Positions 60,371 through 64,000 of a stretch of 64,000 nt of DNA are shown here, one piece after another. The notes beneath the pieces were generated by a model. That model did not search any database, was not told the origin of the DNA, and saw only the letters and a list, made by a program, of their open reading frames with translations. Source of the stretch: a bacterium (GTDB lineage: Bacteria; UBA8248); assembly GCA_965213625.1 (NCBI GenBank), contig CBDBZU010000004.1:1856001-1920000 (forward strand), given 5' to 3'. How positions within the stretch are numbered: position 1 is the first letter of the stretch; every line of letters begins with the position of its first letter. The position numbers and the translations under genes were made by a program.

Positions 60371-62008
60371 ATGGAAAACCTCTCCTGCGACGTAGTGATT
60401 CTGGGCGGCGGCCCCGCCGCGATGACGGCCGCCATCGCCGCCATGGAAAGCGGTGCGGAAGCACTTCTGGTCTGCAAGCAATCCCCCGGGAATTCAGGCA
60501 ACATCGTCATGGCCCGGGCGGGGCATTCGGCGAATTTCGCGCCCGATGACAGCGCGGCCCTCTTCCTCGAAGACACCCTGGAGGGCGGCGATCACCTGAA
60601 TCATCCGGATGTCGCCGAAGCCATGTGCGCGGATTCCGCCGCGCGGATTCGCGATCTCTACGACTGGGGCATCCCCTTCATCACGCGCGAGGACGGCTCG
60701 TTCGACTTGCACCCCCAGGGCGGCCACAGGCGCGACCGCGGACTCTACCCGGTCAGGAACTGGGGCGTGGAGGTGGCGAGGCCGCTGCGCAAAAAGCTCG
60801 ATGCGGACGGCGCGCGCATTCTCGAACACGTCATGGCGGTCGATTTGCTCGTGGATGATGGGGTCTGCCGGGGGGTAATCGGCTTCGACACGAGAACCGG
60901 CCGGATTTACGCCATCCACGCCCCCGCCACCATACTGGCCACGGGCGGGGCGGGGCAGATATACGCCGAGAACACGAACGCGGGCGGCATCACGGGAGAC
61001 GCCTTCGGCATGGCGCTCAGGGCCGGTCTCGCGCTCTCGGACATGGAATTCGTCCAGTTCTACCCGGCCGTCATCAAGCGGCCAGAGAGCAACATGGTCG
61101 TGGCGCCCACGCTGTTCCCGCTCGGCGCGCGCTTTTTGAACCGGGACGGCGAGGACATCATGCGCGACGTGCCCGGCGGCGGCGCAACGCGGGATTTGAT
61201 GGCCCGTGCGGTCTATCTCGAACTCATGGGGGGCGGCGGGGTGGATGGCGCCGTGCAGATGGACCTCTCAGGCATCCCGATGGCCGATCTCGAGCATTTC
61301 GCCCCCGACAACTTGAAACTCTTCGCCAGGCGCGGCGTGTCGGCCCACAGCAGCGAGATATACGTCGCACCGAAGGCCCATTTCTTCATGGGCGGCGTGC
61401 CGATAGACGGCGCGGGCGCAACGGCCATGCCGGGCTTGTATGCGGCGGGGGAGGCCGGCGCGGGCGCGCACGGGGCGAACCGCCTCTCGAACAACGCCTT
61501 TACCGAGGCCCACACGCTGGGCTGGCGCGCGGCCAAAGCCGCTGCGGAATATGCGCGCAGGGTGAACGGGACGGCGTTAAACCAGGCGCTCGCGCGCAGC
61601 CACGCCGATGCCTTAACGGCGCGCGCGGGGAGGCCCGCCCGCGCGGTGGAGCTCATCCGCGATATCAAGCGCGTCTGCTGGGAGAACGCCGGCATCGTGC
61701 GCGAGGGGACCCTGCTCGAAGAGGCGCGGGGCGAGCTCGGCCGTATCGGGCAAGGTCTTACGGCCTGCGGGGGGAGCGAACCCGCCCGTCTCGTGGAGGC
61801 CGTGGAAGCCGAGAACATGTGCCTGAGCGCGCGGGCGGTGGTGGAGGCCGCCCTCATGCGGACCGAGAGCCGGGGCGCGCACTACCGGACCGATTATCCC
61901 GATCCCGACGACGCGCGGTGGCGGGTGAACGTTTTCGTGAAAAAAGAGGAAAACGCATTTTCGGCCCGCTCCCTTCCCGTCGGCTCGATTGCGTGGCAAA
62001 ATAAGTAA
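60371..62008 (+). CDS. SdhA/FrdA/NadB-superfamily flavoprotein
   Basis: GGGPAA, GGH, LATGG, DMEFVQFYP, HFFMGG, HGANRL, RTESRGAHYR.DYP; no adjacent SdhB/C genes. Confidence 0.88.
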   Translation: MENLSCDVVILGGGPAAMTAAIAAMESGAEALLVCKQSPGNSGNIVMARAGHSANFAPDDSAALFLEDTLEGGDHLNHPDVAEAMCADSAARIRDLYDWGIPFITREDGSFDLHPQGGHRRDRGLYPVRNWGVEVARPLRKKLDADGARILEHVMAVDLLVDDGVCRGVIGFDTRTGRIYAIHAPATILATGGAGQIYAENTNAGGITGDAFGMALRAGLALSDMEFVQFYPAVIKRPESNMVVAPTLFPLGARFLNRDGEDIMRDVPGGGATRDLMARAVYLELMGGGGVDGAVQMDLSGIPMADLEHFAPDNLKLFARRGVSAHSSEIYVAPKAHFFMGGVPIDGAGATAMPGLYAAGEAGAGAHGANRLSNNAFTEAHTLGWRAAKAAAEYARRVNGTALNQALARSHADALTARAGRPARAVELIRDIKRVCWENAGIVREGTLLEEARGELGRIGQGLTACGGSEPARLVEAVEAENMCLSARAVVEAALMRTESRGAHYRTDYPDPDDARWRVNVFVKKEENAFSARSLPVGSIAWQNK

Positions 62009-62014
62009 ACACGT

Positions 62015-62081
62015 TATTTATCAGCTATTTATACCTCATTAAATTTATCGTTATTTATCCAAATTTATCTAATTTTTCAGA
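62015..62081 (+). repeat. AT-rich (A/T)ATTTATC repeats with 10-bp period, copy B
   Basis: AAATTTATCG-TTATTTATCC-AAATTTATCT-AATTTTTCAG at 62041-62080. Confidence 0.6.
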
Positions 62082-62220
62082 AATTCGAGCCTTTTCGAAA
62101 AACGGACGGCCCACCCTATCACCAGGCGATCCTGCCACGCCCCCCGGCTCCCGCCACGACGCCAAATGCGGGGAAATGCGCGCGCGATTTTCACCCTTCG
62201 ATACAAACCCTCCTTTCTCA

Positions 62221-62454
62221 GGGTTGTTGAAAAACCCGGTTCTGATAGCGAGCGCGTACCCCTCGTCATTTTTGGCTACTTAATCGACCTCACCCTGAGT
62301 AGCCGCCGTAGGCGGCGTATCGAAGGGCGAGGGAAGTCGAACGCCTCGCGCCGGGGCGAGAGAATGCAATCCCTCCTTCATTAGTCGGACTTGACCTTCG
62401 ATACGCGGCTTCGCCGCTACTCAGGATGAGGCGGAAAGGTCTTTTTCAACATCC
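62221..62454. mobile_element. MITE/REP-like non-autonomous element
   Basis: Outer inverted repeats GGGTTGTTGAAAAA / TTTTTCAACATCCC; inner inverted pair CTCACCCTGAGTAG..CGTATCGAAGG (62289-62326) / CCTTCGATACG..CTACTCAGGATGAG (62395-62430). Confidence 0.65.
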
Positions 62455-62484
62455 CCCTCAAGAAGGGAGTGAATCGGTTCTCGA

Positions 62485-62991
62485 TTACGAATCCTGCCCG
62501 GCGGGGGGCGCGGCGGTGCGCCGGATGAGTTCCCCGAGCGCCTCGCGCTGGTCTCCGAGCACGGCCATGTTTTCGCGGTGCTGTTCGCTTTGCACCACGC
62601 GCTGAGCGGTAAGTTCCTCCATGGCTTCCCGGTGCCGTTCTTTCTCGGCCTCGCGCTCGGCGGCCAGCGCCGCCATGTTCTCGTGGTGCCTGCGCTCCAT
62701 CGCCTCCATGGATTCACGGTGCCGGCCGGCAATCCCTTCCATGGCTTCACGGTGGCGGGTGTCGAGCGCCTTCATGGTTTCGCGGTGCTGGGCGTCACGG
62801 TAGCGCGCGGCCTGGCGCATGAAGTAGAGGCCGTACGCAATCAGGGCGCACTGCGTGGCCCCGACGAGCGCGGCGACCCACACGGAGGCCTGCTGCGCCG
62901 CGAGGGAGGCATGCTGGATGGCCAGGGCGGCTTCCTGCAGTTTGAGGGCGGATTCTTGCAGTGCGAGGGTCGCGGTTTGGAATTCCGTCAT
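62485..62991 (-). CDS. single-TM protein with 11-residue HRExM coiled-coil repeats
   Basis: GGAG RBS; TM at VWVAALVG..YGLYF; HRETM, HREAM, HRESM, HHENM, HREAM, HRENM. Confidence 0.7.
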   Translation of the reverse strand: MTEFQTATLALQESALKLQEAALAIQHASLAAQQASVWVAALVGATQCALIAYGLYFMRQAARYRDAQHRETMKALDTRHREAMEGIAGRHRESMEAMERRHHENMAALAAEREAEKERHREAMEELTAQRVVQSEQHRENMAVLGDQREALGELIRRTAAPPAGQDS

Positions 62992-63106
62992 TCGTTTTTC
63001 TCCCACCTGGGTTGAGTGGGTCCTCAGCGTGTTCCGCAAGAGTAGCGAACCGCCGCGCGCCGCGTCAATGTCTGGCCCGGGCGGGGGTGGAGAGCGATTA
63101 CGGTTT

Positions 63107-63229
63107 TGTAGCGGACAGGCCCCTGCGCCTGTCCGGGGCCTCCGTGCCTGTCCGCTTTCTATTGAGCCGGAATGACGAACAATATCCCACCGCATCTTGT
63201 TGTAGGGACAGGTCGCGACCTGTCCCTAC
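63107..63229. repeat. GTAG-type REP palindromes
   Basis: GTAGCGGACAGGC..GCCTGTCCG at 63107 and perfect GTAGGGACAGGTCGCGACCTGTCCCTAC at 63202-63229. Confidence 0.75.
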
Positions 63230-63322
63230 GGGATCATCATGTCGCCGACCGGGGGAAACAAGGTCTTTATCAACAACCCAGAGGAGCGAGCGTTTGCCGG
63301 TTTTTCCAACGAACGAGAGAGC

Positions 63323-63627
63323 AATTCACTCCCCCCTTGGGAGTTCTTGCGAACCGAGTAGAGAAGCAATTCACTCCCCCCTTGAGGGGGAGTCACAGAG
63401 GCCGAGTCCTCTGGACGAAGGCCGATGTGGTGGGGGGTATAACGCGTTTATTGCCATTCCGAATAATACCCCCCACCGAATCGCTTGCGGGCTTTCGCCC
63501 ACAGCTCTTCGACTCCCCCTCAAGGGGGGAGTGAATTTCGACTCTATTTGTTCGGCAATAGCCCTCAAGGGGGGAGTTGATTCTTCACGCTGCTTTTACG
63601 GCAATACCCCTCAAGAAGGGAGTGAAT
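63323..63627. repeat. cluster of ATTCACTCCCCCCTTGAGGGG-type REP repeats in both orientations
   Basis: Copies near 63323 and 63368 (forward) and 63511, 63562, 63607 (reverse), plus one near 62453; 63368-63537 forms a long inverted repeat. Confidence 0.8.
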
Positions 63628-63690
63628 CTCTTCTCTACTCTTCGGGGTTGATTCGCAAGAAGGCCCGGAGCCGTCCTGCGCCGCCATCGA

Positions 63691-63999
63691 CTACCTGCGC
63701 GCGCCGAAGGCGCCCACGTAGCTGCGGGTGACGGCGTCGTCGCCTTCCCCCACTGTGCCGGTCACGCCGAAGGTGCCGGCGACGGCCGCGGGGGCCGTAT
63801 TGGCAGGTCCTTCCACCACGTCTTCGGTTGCCGCATCGTCCGTCGCCGGGCCGTAGAACCGGCCGCTCCAGGTGCCGTTGTAGGGGTACGCCACGGTGTC
63901 ATCGTCCCGGATCACGCCGGCGCCCATCCGGGCGTTGCCGGAGAAGTCACCCGCATCCGTGATGTCGGCTTCCCTCAGGCTGATGGTGTCACCCGTGGC
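63691..63999 (-). CDS. C-terminal part of a TbpB/Slam-substrate-like beta-barrel surface protein (5'-partial)
   Basis: Frame open to the window end; GTWSGRFYGP...P.AVAGTFG...YVGAFGARR. Confidence 0.7.
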   Translation of the reverse strand, partial: ATGDTISLREADITDAGDFSGNARMGAGVIRDDDTVAYPYNGTWSGRFYGPATDDAATEDVVEGPANTAPAAVAGTFGVTGTVGEGDDAVTRSYVGAFGARR

Positions 64000-64000
64000 C

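Noticed and set aside
62015-62081. DnaA boxes or replication origin
   Set aside because: Units are TTTATC followed by non-CACA bases, and there is no dnaA or rep gene context.
63323-63627. CRISPR array
   Set aside because: Copies are in mixed orientation, degenerate and irregularly spaced, with no cas genes; the pattern fits REP elements.

Overview
GC-rich bacterial chromosome segment with no integrase or transposase. The taxon cannot be fixed from the sequence; the gene mix and REP-like repeats loosely suggest a marine, possibly host-associated bacterium. From left to right: (1) partial rmuC, small accessory genes and tRNA-Ala(GGC); (2) a carbohydrate-type ABC importer; (3) an ~11.6-kb, ten-gene respiratory operon (11783-23409) with two MauG/CcP-type di-haem peroxidases, a Tat-exported Rieske subunit and a DMSO-reductase-family molybdoenzyme of the iodate-reductase (IdrA)/AioA-like type, directly followed by cytochrome c, a GltD/NfnL-like Fe-S flavoprotein, a second Rieske protein, cytochrome b and a tetrahaem cytochrome c; (4) an LLM/M24/TAXI-TRAP/cyclase/UbiD catabolic operon; (5) zur-znuCB/znuA with a Zur box, followed by a metal-starvation islet (LbtU-like porin, SaoD/DsrE, COG0523, flavoprotein, WD40) bounded by nested direct repeats; (6) a LysR-associated ~17-kb catabolic operon (CoA-transferase, M20 deacylase, LLM, two cysteine-synthase-like paralogues, LIV ABC importer, an AhpD-like CxxU selenoprotein with a SECIS hairpin that the ORF track splits in two, a xanthine-dehydrogenase-family trio, an SdhA-like flavoprotein); (7) a REP/MITE-rich end with an 11-residue-repeat membrane protein and a partial TbpB-like gene. 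The best candidate for an undescribed system is the Idr-type module coupled to a flavoprotein-containing Rieske/cytochrome b complex. All family assignments come from motif recognition by eye; no searches were run.
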